The notes under the pieces were generated by a model, which worked only from the letters and a program-made list of their open reading frames with translations, did not search any database and was not told where the DNA came from. Positions 17,727 through 30,920 of a stretch of DNA of 64,000 nucleotides are shown piece by piece. Made by a program: the position numbers and the translations under genes. This DNA is from Ancylonema sp. (taxonomy: Eukaryota): positions 1 through 64,000 of the forward strand of contig JBFLGF010000096.1 in NCBI GenBank assembly GCA_050230475.1. The letters run 5' to 3'. Within the stretch, counting starts at the first letter, position 1, and each line of letters opens with the position of its first letter.

Positions 17727-19759
17727 GTTTAGAGGTAGTCTATAGTAACATGAAGACTGACATATTTACATAAAATATGATTTCACGCCCACCTCGTGAA
17801 TCCTTGAAGATGTTAGGGTATAGGGCAACCCACTCGCGATCAAGTTCCTACTGCGAAGACACACATGTAGTCTAGCGCAGTGTATCTTCGCAACGCTTTT
17901 TGAGGAGACCAAAAATACCACGAGAAGGGGGGGGGGGATGTGTGGTATCCAAACGTGATACTCTCGAACCTACAGACACAAACACTATGGTCGATCATCT
18001 ACTAGCCCAAGCTAGTAAACATGCACCAACTACCATAGGTGTGAACACTATGACTAGTGCTACGCTAAAGTCTGGCTGTGTTATGGAGGGGAACACAAGA
18101 CTCCCATATTTAACAACTACTGCTCCAAATGAACAACTCACACCGAGCTTTAACAAGTAGGTCCATTCTCTCCTCGAAGGAAAGCCTAGTGTCTGCACGT
18201 AAAGATATTGTTTCGAAGAGTTTTAGCCACCAAAAAATGCACACGGTAATGAGATATTCAAATAGAGCATGCCTTTGTCTCGTAAATTGTCGCAAACGGT
18301 CGACGTCCCACACCATTTCTGGTTTAAATTTCAAAACAACGAGAATGACTCCTAGTGACTTGCATCTCTCCCTCCAATCACATTTTGAAGACAAGTCGAC
18401 AAGTACAGTGTGACAAAGAGTAGTAAATTTTCGTACTCAAATGTCAACATCGGTTATGTGAAATTTATGTTTTCAAGCATCACTCCTCCCCAAGAAGACA
18501 AACTTATGTAGTTATATGTGCTTTCATGATGTAAGTTGGGTCCGAATATTTTCGATTTTGCAAAGCCACTCACACTCGTTTAATAAACTACCATGTAAGT
18601 ACATATACATAACAATTTCTTCAAGCCAGTCTTGTAACCCTAGTCGAAGTTTGTGACTTGAGTCGAGTTAGTATCGAGTCTTCCTTTTGTTAGTTGTATT
18701 AAAGGCTTGTTGGGAGTTTCTGATTTTGAGGTTTGAGTGTATACGTAAAAGAGAAGAAAGGCTTGTCGGGAAAGATCCCATCAGTCGCAAGAAGAGAAGA
18801 CAAGAAGAAGACATGGAGCAGACATGAACTATACTAAAGGGAGCGGTGGACGTAGCCAATGTAACACTCTGATCTGATACTCTGCCACCTGCTACTGGGT
18901 GGTATCGATCAAAATAAATATGTTCTACTACACACCCCCCTGATACAAGCATATCTCGCCAGAGCAGTTACAAACATAAGCTGCTCTGGCACTGCATGTG
19001 CTTTAGGGTTCTTAGCGCAGCGGCTGGACTAGATGCGTTCCCCAAATCATTGGGTACTTAGAATGTTTGTTGCAGTAATTTAACGTCTATATGGCTTACG
19101 GCTAAGGATCATGATGGGAAACAGAGTTTAAAGCTTCGTGCATTGCCTCCGAATTAGAACGGGTATTCAGCATTGCACGAATGTGGTCATAGGATGTATT
19201 GTCCTGAATTTTAAGACGTTCGCTTAGAGGAAAGTAGTACGCCATGATATGCAGCTGTCATTGAGATTCGCGGTGTGGGAGCTACCTCTGCTGATTTCTC
19301 GCCTAGCTCAGAAGTTAGCATAGATGATCCCGCTCCGTCCTTCTTGTCCTCCTCCACCGCCCGCGTAGCCGTCAGTCGGCGGGACGAAGTCTTAATGTGT
19401 GCATGAAGCAAGGAACGTCGCCTACGAATGTGAATGTGTGGCCGTTGACGACGGATGCAAAGGTCTGAATTCCCGTTCTCTACATGTGATTGTAAGGCCA
19501 AAACACTTCGACACGACAGGGACAGACATGGTGTCATACTGAGTTGTGGCACAGAAGGCAACAGCATGAAGTTTTTTTGTTGCTCGTGGAGTCTAAACCG
19601 AAAGTCGATGTGGGCCTGCTCTAGATGCGTAGCCCAGAGCCCCGCCCAGCCAGCAGCCCCCAGCTCCCAGCCCCCAGCCCCATACGGCAGGACCAGCCCC
19701 CGAATTGGTGCTGGGAGTTGGGTGAGGCTGGCGTGGCCAAATGGGGCTGCGGGGGGCTA

Positions 19760-21708
19760 GTAGGCTTCGCCCCGGACGAAAAAAATATCCGCCCAAAATG
19801 CCGTTCAAAGCGAGCCCGCCCGGGGCGAAAAAAACGGTGCAGAGCCACAGGTTCTGAATACCCTTGAAAAAAGATTGCGGAGATATGGGTCGAATTTGTT
19901 CAACTTTTTGCGTAGTCTGCCTGCCACGCGTCTCACGCCACACGTCATCATCTATTGTGAGTCATGAGTCCGAATCCGTGGCGTGGCGTCGCATAATGCG
20001 AGAAATTTGAAAAATAAAAATAAAAATTGAGATACCATACTGGGCATACATAATGATCCGCAAATAATTATAGAAAGGGTGGGTCGGGTCAAATTAAATA
20101 ATACATTTTTTGGGGTTGGGTCTTGCCATAAATTCCGAAATTCGGCGTAGAGGGTCACCATCATAAAACCGATTTTATTCGTTTTTTGCTCGATTTTAAC
20201 GTTATATGTGGTTGGATCCCGATCGCCAAGATTCAATCGTGGTCCCGTAGCGGCGTAATCGATCGTCATTGGTTTCTTTTTCACAACTTTAGGGGGGGAA
20301 ATGGACATGTTGGGGAATAATGAAGGTGTTTATTTTTCTCAAAAAAAATCACCATGCACAAGCCAACATGATAAATAACATAGAGTTTCCATATTTTTTA
20401 AACCACGATACACCTTTCAAAATTCCGAAAAGTGTGGAAAAACCGAAAATGTGGACATCTCCACACACTCACTTACTAGTCACTACTCACTATACACTAC
20501 TCATACTCTATCACTATCTAGTCTTCACTACTGCCCCAATTCATATGTGTGTGTTCACGTCAGAGGGTCTGCTGCAGTCTCCACGGCCGCAATCTAGAGC
20601 CGACAATGTACCACACCGAGATAAGGCTTTTGAACGAAAGCGAACGGATGAACGGCAAATAAAATTTAGATGAAGGAAAGTGAACGTGTTTTTTTTTTTT
20701 TGTGTAAAGTGAACGGATGAACGGCGAATAAATTTGAGATAAAGGAATGTGAACGGGTTTTACAGTGTGAAGTGAACGGATGACCGGCTAATGCAATTGA
20801 GGTAAAGGAAAATTAGCGGATTTTTTCGTGTGAAGTGAACGGATGAACGGCGAATGAATTTGAGGTAAAGCAGAGTGAGCGAGTTTTTTAAGTGTGAAAT
20901 GAACGGATGAACGGCGACTAAATTTGAGATAAAGGAAAGTGATCGGGTTTATAAGTGTGAAGTGAACGGTTGACTGGCGAAAAGAAAATAGGTTTAGGAA
21001 AGTCAGCGGATTTTCGGGTGTAAAGTGAACCGATGAACGAAGAATGAATTTGAGGTAAAGGGAAGAGAACGGATTTATTAGTGTTAAGTGAACGGATGAA
21101 TGGCGAATAAATTTGAGGGTGTAAGAAAGTGAACGGGTTTTTTAGTGTAAAGTGAACGGTTAAGTGAAAAAAACCCAGGAATATCAGGAAAGAAATAGAC
21201 GGCCGAAAGATACCCCCCCAAGGTTTACAGTGCTATTATTAGTACGGTACTGGTGCAGTACAAATTACGTGTTGTTTAAAGGTGGGTCATTTTGCTTGCC
21301 ACGGTATAATAAATATGTTTTACCCAGGTCATAATTTTCGGTTAGGGGATAATTATTATATTTTGCCCGGGTCAAGTTGGTGGGTCACGACAAAATTTAA
21401 TTGTTTTTTTTTAACCCGGGTTATTATGTATGGACACTACGGTACACAAATGAAGATTACACGGATGCAGATGGCTGGTGTACTTATAAGTGTCGTAAAA
21501 ACTCGAATTATTGTCGGATTTTGATTCTATAAACACGTACATTATCTACGTGATCTTAGGATCCTTTTACAAACAACCTAAAAACCCTTAATGCCACAGC
21601 CCCGGGCGAAAAAAAAATCCGCCCGGGGCATTGCTGTGGGGCCGCCCAAAACCGGGTCCCGCCCGGGGCGGAAAACGGGGGGGGGGCTGCGGGGCAGAGT
21701 CAACTATG
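19760..21708. mobile_element. Probable larger hAT-family D derivative (left end unclear) containing a satellite array
   Basis: Right end ...ggggcagagtcaactatg matches the caactatg terminus of 27971-28488. 19963-20035 is homologous to 28180-28252 (catgagtccga.tccgtggcgtgg...tgagata). ccgggcgaaaaaa subterminal motifs near both ends. Confidence 0.5.
20638..21162. repeat. 63-bp tandem repeat, ~8.5 copies, with 3-unit (~190 bp) higher-order structure
   Basis: gtgaacgga-type unit starts at ~20640, 20709, 20772, 20835, 20899, 20962, 21025, 21088, 21152. Confidence 0.9.
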
Positions 21709-22411
21709 GTCCTGAGATGGAGTAAAACCTCACTATGGCGATCTACGTGAATAAATAACTAGAAACCTCACTAAGGCGATCTTCCATTGAAAATTTAAAG
21801 GGGATCATACGGGTCTACACCTCAAACTCCGCGACTATGTTGGGGTCCACCCGCAGCCCTCCCCCACCCACGATCCGATTGGGTCCAAAATCCGACCCAC
21901 CCTAGCACTTTGGCAGGTGCATCATAGAACAGATTGGTTTTGATTTTGATGACAACAACCACATTTGACATGTGTGTACCACATTTTCGGAATGTAATAC
22001 TTTTCATAGCTCTCCATTGTTGGTATGTAATCAATCACATTTGTCATGGTGTCTTGAAACACGCATTGATCTCAACGCTTCATGGTATGGACACCAAGTA
22101 AGATTCAAGTGGTTACATGGTGGCCTTGTCGTAATCTTGAAGTCGGCCACGTCAGAATTTCAACATACTTCCCTACTATCCCGACAATTCAAACCATGTT
22201 TTTTTGTTTTTATACATTACTTTTACACTGATGTCTTTCAGAAATACGTTGTGGCCAACTTTCCCTACCCTCCACGCCCTTGTGTCATGCAAAAAGACGC
22301 GGAAGAACAATAGAAAGCGGAACGTACTTTCCACGTCCCAATTGAAAAAACAAAAAGTATTAGAGCCTTTGTACTCGTGACACATCCTCTCGTGGCAAGA
22401 GATTATCGGTT

Positions 22412-25400
22412 TCAAATGCCCTCAAGAGGTTCCGGCTGCATTTCCTCGGCCTCTTTACGGAGAGAGGAGAAAAGGACCGAGGACAGGTAGCGCTCTCCAA
22501 AGCTAGGCAACACAACCTGGTCAGGGGACGACAAGGGGGGTGAAGGAGGTGCGGAGACATCTGCATCAATCTTAAAAAAACAGTAAAATTATACGACAAC
22601 AACAAGAAAAGAAAAAAAAAAAAACAAACAAATAGACATGATTGTCACAAATCTTCGTGTTTTTTTGTTTGGGGACACGTTACACAGTACTGACGACTAT
22701 TTTGACCTCTAAGTTTTGTGCCGGATATGTTGAGAGAGTTCAAAATTGTGAATCGAAGAACAATTTGAGTTTCTACTAAGAACAACCAAAAATCCAAAAA
22801 AACAACCAGTAGCGCCACAGCAAGACAACCATCCATGCCATCCGCATTTCCCTCTCACCGCAATCAGCTTCCCCTCGTTTTCTGGTCGCTTGGCCACCTG
22901 GATGGCCGCCAAAGCAGCCGCACCCGAGGAGATACCCACCTGAAGACAGAAAAGAGCGAAAACCGTACCCGGATGTAACCATGAGAATGTGATTGCGATC
23001 GCCAAAGAGATACTGACCGCTGCTCCCTGTGCTTCATGGTTCAGAGGGGGTATGGATATAGATCATACAGGGTTCAGGGTTCGGCGTTCGGGGTTCAGGG
23101 TTCGGGGCTCAGGGTTCAGGGTACAGGGTCCAGGATTCAGGGTTCAGGGTTCAGGGGTCAGTATGCCATTGTTAGTAACAGATAGCGAAGTGAGAGTGGG
23201 AGTGGGACGGTGATAGCAAGAACAAAGTGGTAGGGAACCCAGTGAGCAGATGGGTACTTTTGTGTACTTCACTGCATGGTTGCGTGAACACACACTGGTC
23301 TCCGGATCTGAACCTTGTTAAAATATAACTCTGTCCACAAACAATCCATCCCTCCACAGTCCCCCCCCCATAACAAAATAAATGATCGGTAGGGAGGGGG
23401 GGCGGTAAGGGGGTGATGTTTACCAGCAGCCCCTCCTTGATGGCCAGCTCCCTCGCCATATCCACCGCGTCGTCTCCTTTGATCTGATACCAAAACATGG
23501 GGAGAAGAAGGGGGGGGGGAGGGGGTGGGGGGGAGGTCAGGGGGGGACGTTGGTCCTTGTAAGCACCGTTAATCCCAGAAACAACATACCAGAATCGGAA
23601 ACTGGAACCTTCGGACCCAATTCCTGCAACCTGGAACCTGAAATGTTGGACTGGTAGAGACCAAGACGACCTCTTGCAGCAGTTCCATTCTGCCCTCTTC
23701 CCAACTCATGGATGCACACCGTTGCACAGGAGTCCTGGAATCGTTCTTAGGATGAACAGATATGGAGGGGGTGGATTCCCCACCCACTCCCCTACACTCC
23801 CCACCGCGGTCACCCATCTGTCGGTGGGTGCATTTGAAAAAAACTGCCTTGACAAAAAAAACTGCCTTGCCTCTGGAGTGCAAAGATTACAAATATGCGT
23901 ACACAAATGGTGTGAATACGTGTAATCGATCCGACGTGCAACAAAAGCAACTCACTGCGAATCCTGAACCCTGAACTCTGACAGTGAACTGTGTGAAGGA
24001 GAATGAGCATGAGGCCATATACCCTTTCAGAAAGTACACCTGTATCTCCTATCTCTACGCAAGCGATATCTATTTGTTTCCACTTCGATTGTTCAATCAC
24101 ACAATCCAAACTCATGTCATCCCGCACTCAGGGGGGTTGAAGGGCAGAACAAAAAAAAAAAAAAAAAAAAAAGAGAGCGAAAATGACGGTGAGCGGGGCT
24201 GGGGAAGCAAACAATCAAGCATTCCATTTCGATCTCTGTGTTCGCTTTCAAAACAAGCAGTAGAACCATATGGTGCTCACAAAGTTTCGTGGTCAACAGA
24301 TTACAAAAATGGGGTATCAAAAAAACAGTTACATGCCTGGTAATTCAGGCAGCAGCAGTTCAATACTCAGGTAAAATTAAGTGCTTATTTCGGTATTAAA
24401 TACCGTTTAGGTAGAACAACAATGTTCATGGTAGTTAAGGTAGTTAAGCAAGTCAGGATTGTTGAGAGCTCATCATTCCTGAAAGAAAACCACCTCCCCC
24501 CTAAACTTCCCCCCCTCCCCCCCAACCCCTTTCCCACCCGACCCTACTTGGTACCTCTCTCCTCTTACCTGGATGATCTCGTCAATGAGGCTCACATCCA
24601 AGATCCCCGGAACGAATCCTGCCCCGATTCCTTGAATCTTATGCGGACCTGCCACCCCACAGGACCCATTCAGATCTCCACATTTGATATCTCCCCAATT
24701 CCAACCACCACCTTGACACTTGCAACCCTTAGACATGATCATACATACTCGTACGTGGTCTTACTGTGCCCATGCACACATACATGTACATGTACATGTA
24801 CATGTGCAGATACTCATACCCTCCATAACTTCGAGCTACGCTTAGATACGCTCAATACTCAGAACCTCTGTCCACTGCTAAATACCGCATGAGCCCCCCC
24901 CCAGAAAAAAACCCATACAGATACCCGCCCCCGCCCCCGCCCCTCACCCGGCTTCCCCCCTGACAGCACGCTGCTCTCCTCTGGTTCCACCCCGATGACC
25001 TGAATGTTTGGGTTCTTGCTCTTCAGGTAACCGCCCGTTCCTGTAATGGTACCCCCGGTGCCGATCCCAGAGATGAAGATGTCCACCTTGCCAGCTGTGT
25101 CCTCCCACACCTCGGGGCCGGTCGTTTCCCAGTGGATCTGACAGGTGGCAACCACACCCAACGACCCAAGTGCCACGTCAACCTCGGTGCCACGTCACCA
25201 ATATCACGGAATCCCCACCCCTTCCTGTCGCCCAACCCATACCAGGTTGCTCCCAACCCGACCCCTCCCTCTTCCTCCCCTGCCTACCCCGCCCCCTTCT
25301 TCCAATGCCCCCCACCCTTCTATGTTCTCTCCATGTTGCTTTCTTGCTTTCTTTGCCTCATCCCCCCGTCACTCCGTTTTCCCTCACCCTCAGCCGATCC

Positions 25401-27572
25401 TTAACCTCCCCCTCCAACCTCTTTCCACTTCTCCTCTTTCCACTTCTCTACTGTCTCTCCCATCCTCCTCCGCACCCCACCTCCCCCCAACCACCCTCCT
25501 CCTCCTTCCTTCTCCCCCAACCCCCAACCCCCACCCACCCAAACTCCCAACCCCAACGCCCCCACCCCCATCACCTTGGAGTTAGCGGGGTTCTCAAACT
25601 GCTGCAGCATGTACGCGTTGGGAGTCTTCTTCACAATCTCCTCCGCCTTCATGACCGCCCCCGTCATCCCCTTGGCGGGGTCGGTTAGCACCAGCTCCGC
25701 CCCGAACGCCCTCAGCAGCACCCTCCTCTCCAGACTCATGCTGGCGGGCATGGTGAGGATGAGCTTGTACCCCTTGGCCGCGCCCACGAACGCGAGGGCG
25801 ATACCCGTGTTGCCGCTCGTGGGCTCCACGAGGACACTCTGGGGGGTGGGGGCGGGGGCGGACAGGAATAAACCGTGTCGATAACCGTGTTGGGTGGCAT
25901 GCCCGGTAGAGGCACAAGCCCATTTTTAAAGTTGAGACTCGGAGCCGTTATCCGGTATCCGAACCCGAAAGAGGTGCAGAAATATGTGGTGACAGGTTGA
26001 GTCCCTGCTTGTGAATATATAACCCCTCAACGCCACAATCTCTAACACATGCGCAAGTGGCCATGCAAGCCGACCGACTTTTGAACCACTGTAATCCTGT
26101 GAGTCACTGTCCTTCTCGTTTATGAAAGAAGATGGAAACGAGTTGCATCTTCTATGGACTGAGGCGGCGCGAGAGGGAAGGAATATATTGAAATATGAAT
26201 TTCAGATGAAAGGACTGAAACGGTGGAGAAATTTAGCAACCTTTCCAGGGCTGATGGCTCCTCGCTCTTCTGCATCCTGAATCATACTCAACGCAATCCT
26301 GCCACCCAGGAACAGGTCGGGTGCAGAACCCCAGTCAGCCACGAGGCAGGACGTGTGCCGTATGCCATGCACAGTCTGGAAACGGCATGAGGAAAACATG
26401 CAGGCCGGCCGTACACAAGCTGACGTGGCAGAGCCGTACACAAGCTGACCTGTCCTTGACGGAGCTGCATGGCTCCATGCTCTCCAGCTTGGCGGCGATG
26501 TTGGCGACGCAGCCGTCCACCACCTTGTTGAGGTACACCATGGGGGTCTTGCCGACAAGCTGGGGGGGGGGGGGGGGGCACGTGCGAACAGGGCACGTGT
26601 CAGGCAGTGGTGAGTGTCGCAAGATGTAGACTGAAAAGGTGGCACGGGAAATTGCTTTTGCTTTTTTTTTAGTCAATGAAAGGCACGATAGTCAAGGGAA
26701 GGCATGACATACTCAACTCGGGTGCAAAAGAAAATAATATTTTACATTGTAATATTGTGATATAATATTGTTTGAAGGGTGAAACAATAATGAGGGGAGA
26801 TGGTAAATAAAGCATATTGGTTTCGAAGGACCACTGTGAAAGAGAGGTACAAAACCAAAATTCATGCGCAAGAACTTCGACAAAAGCAATGGCAGAAACC
26901 GGGAGAACTCGGTACAGTTCCGAGCTCTGATAGCCGAGAATCAGTTCATATCTCAGGTGATCCATAGGGGGTATGAGGGATAGAGTTAAAAAATGTTTTT
27001 ATGATAAATTCCCAGTGTCTTTCAGCAAAGCGTGCAAAACGGCTCTCATGAAACCGACCACTATTGGTCGGTTTAATGAGAAAGACGGCCATCAAACTTT
27101 TCAAAAAAAAATGCGAACGTTGCGAGCGCTCATCTATGAGAAGGAGATAACAATGTATATACAGCAAACAAAACTTTGCAGCGTGAAGTTTGGAGGTTTT
27201 CAAGATCGAGTTTTAAAAGTCCGCGGGTCAACTAGCTGCAGTTACAGGCCAAGAAGATGTTCACATAAAGGAACGCTCTGAGTTTGCGGAAGGCGCATAA
27301 TTCAATTCTTAGTGAGTCTCAAGCCTCACCTGCGTAACATCATCTGCAATATTCACGGTTTCGACAGCGGTATCCGCCTCTACAGCAACTGCTCTGATTG
27401 TAGAGCGGAAAGAAGAAGCTGGTCTTGAGTTCTTTATAGCTGACGTCTCAACAGCCTGTCCGGAGAGACATTTCCTGGAAGATAATCCAACAACTTTGGA
27501 ACTGCTCTGCTCTTCCGTGGAAAGTCTACACACAACGCCAGACACTCGAGCTGCTTGACCGATAGCCGCCAT
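22412..27572 (-). CDS. OASTL: Cysteine synthase / O-acetylserine (thiol)lyase with N-terminal organellar (probably plastid) transit peptide, 396 aa
   Basis: Nine GT-AG exons: 27572-27330, 26559-26450, 26298-26241, 25838-25575, 25137-24948, 24648-24569, 23483-23424, 22939-22859, 22516-22412 (1191 nt, open frame). PLP lysine in [54 protein letters not shown]; Ser/Arg-rich N-terminus. Confidence 0.97.
23069..23160. repeat. Degenerate (GGGTTCA)n heptamer repeat in an OASTL intron
   Basis: agggttcagggttcggcgttcggggttcagggg... Confidence 0.8.
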
Positions 27573-27970
27573 GGAGTGTGGTTACTGATGGTAAACAGCG
27601 AATTTCTGGTTGGCTTCTGCTTTCAGGCGTTTGTCAAAGAATACAAAGTTGTGACTGGTGGAAAAACGATGCTCGAAGTCTGCTCTCAGAGGGACGGCAC
27701 AATCGGCAATGGCTTGTGCACACGTATCTAGACACAATCTGGTCGCGCATGAATCTGATCCTCCACGCGGGAGTTCTTGGCCGCGGATAACGGGCGAAAG
27801 CGCGTGTGGGGGGAAGTATCCACCAATCAAAAGCTGCTTTTTCGGTGTGTTTTCGCTGCCAGCCACGCAGGCGGCCAGCCTTCTTCTGTAAAGTGGGGGG
27901 AGACGGTAAACGCATTCGGAGCCACGTAAAAAGATGAAGTGTGAAGGCTTGAGTTTTAAAGGCTTAAAAT

Positions 27971-28488
27971 CATAGTTGGCCCCGCCCCGGGCGGGGAATT
28001 TCCCTCCCGGGGCACCGCCCGGGGCGAAAAGCGGGGCGATTTTTTTGGGGCGGGGCCATATACCAAAATGCAAAAAAAAAAAATGCCGCAAGGCGGAGAT
28101 ATGGTTGGTTTTGTCTAAAATTGACTTCTTGCACAATGTGCGCCATACGCCACAATTCCGACATCATCTAATGTCACCCATGAGTCCGACTCCGTGGCGT
28201 GGAGTGGTATAATGCAATAAAAATCAAAATCAAAAAAATAAAACTTGAGATATACAAAATAATATTATACGGGTAAAGATGGCAGGCGTACATAGGATTA
28301 TAAAATCTTGAACACTTGTCGGATTTGACTTTTAAAAAGATGTACATGATCTACGTGGTCTTGGGGTCCTTCTACAAAAAAACATAAAAAACCTCTATGG
28401 CCCCGCCCCGGGCGGTAAATTTTCCGTCTGGGGCGGGCTCGCAAGGGGCGGAAAGCGGAGCGGGATTTGCGGGACGGGGCCAACTATG
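27971..28488. mobile_element. hAT-type MITE, family D, ~400 bp upstream of the OASTL ATG
   Basis: TIRs catagttggccccg / cggggccaactatg; perfect 8-bp TSD cttaaaat. Confidence 0.92.
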
Positions 28489-30559
28489 CTTAAAATTCCC
28501 CCCCGTACATTAATAACCCTGAAATCTTAGAAACCTTCAATTCTCGATAATCAACAAAATAGTTGTTTTCAGGACCGAAATATATTGCTGAACTCATTGG
28601 CGACGTTTAAAAGGGACAATCATGAAAAAAATAGCGTTTCACACAAAAGTACACATGTTGATCTCCAAATTATTATTTATGTGTGTGAGTTTGTGCTGGT
28701 TGTCATTGTACATTATCTCTACATGCACTTTTGTTATCTTTGTTATTTCCATGCACATGTCTAGGGAAATAAGATAACTACATAACCACTATATTTCACC
28801 ACTATTTAACGATGTGGATAAATAAATGTAATGTAAGGCATCTATATCTTCGTCGACCATGGTTGAAAGGACCTCGCAAATTCTTCTCTTCTCATCAACC
28901 TTATTCGTCCCAAATTGGAAACGACTCTCGCTCTCTATACGACGACCAAAATTCAACTTTCGACCTCTAACTCAACAAACTTAACAAAGTTAATAAACCT
29001 TTAAAAATCACGTTATAACTTACGTTCTACATGTGTTGAAACCATTTTGCAAGCCTATGCACCCTCGTTTCCGAATGCAAAGAAAGACCCCGTAAATGCA
29101 ATATCCTAATATTCATACATTGTTTGGCTGAGGGATAGCAAACCTGAGAAGCCGCTCCGTCATTAGGGATATTTAGGCCTTAATTGCGAAATCATAATAA
29201 GGGTTGGCGAGGAAGAACCTCCAAAAAAAACGTAAATATATAAAATCCAAATCAGAAGCAATTAAGGGCATTCCTCTGACGTATCGATATGAATCGTTAC
29301 TCAACACTGGAAAAACATGTACGTAACAAGATACTACATGTTCCACAAAGTATATATCTACCCAAATCACCCTCCATATAAAGTGTGCCAACACTTTAGA
29401 GATCCCAACTACAACAACTACTTCACTCCCAACTCCACTCCCCAACTCATATCATGTCCCAAATTGTTTTAACTCATCCCACCCAGTAAACCTAGGGCCT
29501 CAATTCTACCGTGTATAAATTCAACAAAATAAATGAATAAACCTCGGACTTTGAGGAATTATTCAACTTCAATTAGGCGATGTATTTTGTGAACTACCTC
29601 ACATGAACAACAACAAAGAAGACCTTCGTGACGGTGACCAATTGAATATTGCTCAAATATTTTATATATCCTCACAGTTTCCTCGCAAAAAAAATTTACT
29701 TAGGCACGCCACGTTACCCTTTTACCTATGATGACAAAATTTTAGTATTTCATCATATATCCACGTTCGTGAATGTAGATAAGAAAATCAGGGTCAATGT
29801 CTATAAAAATTTGCATTGGCTTTCTTAAGTGAATGATTACGCAATCATTCCGCGATGCCACCAATCGTTCTCGTTTTGCTTGTCACTCTGATGCGTAACA
29901 TTTTTTTCATTAATTTAGACACCACGCGCTGAAATCTCCTTCCAAGTTTTCAATTTTTCGATGCACACGAAGAGATGATGGAAAAAGGTAACGTTAATGT
30001 ATTAAAAATGATGTAGTATATCGTTAATGAATGATATAGTGAACGTGGTTTTTTACGGGATTCTAGAAAGGTGGTGAGTCCCACTTTGTTTACTCGTTTC
30101 GAAAATGTGCATAAAACACATCCATCCATTGATTTTTTTATTTAAGGGCACCATAGAGTTCAAAACCACCATAAGGTACGGAGACCATGTCTACTTCAGC
30201 AATTGAGAACTTTAGGGGTGATTCCTAACAAGAGTTTTTTAAGTTAATTACCCCCCTCGGGGGACAATTAGGGGCTAATGTGTCATCCTTGTTGTACCCT
30301 AAGTGGTCACGTGGCATTACGAGCCTGGATATTAATACGGCATTTGAAGGGGTTTTATGGGGCCAAACATCCTAGAGGTTCATGACCTTCAATTAAAAAA
30401 AATCGAAGGGTCTGAAATTGCTCTAGTTTTGAAGGTTCCCCAACCTATAAATAATTATGAAGGAAGCACCATGAGAACCCCATCTAAATACAAAAAAGAA
30501 TAATCGATCACCAACATACCCTAGGAGGGCAGGTAATAAAAGACCAAGGTTCCAAGAAG

Positions 30560-30920
30560 TCAAGGGAAACCGAGCTACATCATGTAACTCCGCCGTGGCA
30601 TGGGTGGTGGAGACAACAAAGACACACTTTGCTCTATTCGCAATGTCCGAGCATGGATAGCATGTGCCAAAGTCGGGTGCAATGCAACCAAAACACGTTG
30701 ACGGAACCATGAAACCAACAATCTAGGGTGGTGCCCCGACCCGCAGTTTTTCTTCGTTGCATGAAGGGACACCCCACCAAAAACTCGACGCCTGCCTCCG
30801 ATAGCACGCCGTAGATCTCGAGGGCGAATGGCGCAAACTTTGTACACTGAGCACGATCGCGATGATGTTTATTTTTATTTTGCGTTTTTCGACCACAACA
30901 AGAGCCACCATCACGGCACA
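30560..30920 (-). mobile_element. 3' remnant of a CRE-like non-LTR retrotransposon (restriction-like endonuclease C-terminus)
   Basis: Frameshifted translation KHHRDRAQCTKFAPFALEIYGVLSEAGVEFL ... WFRQRVLVALHPTLAHAIHAR resembles the F.P.A.E..G ... RQR.SVALQR..A.AI ending of RLE-type elements. Confidence 0.6.

Noticed and set aside
17880..18950. Possible gene or retroelement fragment
   Set aside because: No recognisable motif, splice structure or termini.
20545..20600. Possible missing HD2 zinc-finger exon (VFTSEGLLQS...)
   Set aside because: No AG acceptor in front, no His residues in frame, and it lies inside a repeat element 5.5 kb away.
20638..21162. CRISPR-like array
   Set aside because: The intervals between conserved gtgaacgga cores are homologous to each other rather than unique spacers; eukaryotic context and no cas genes.
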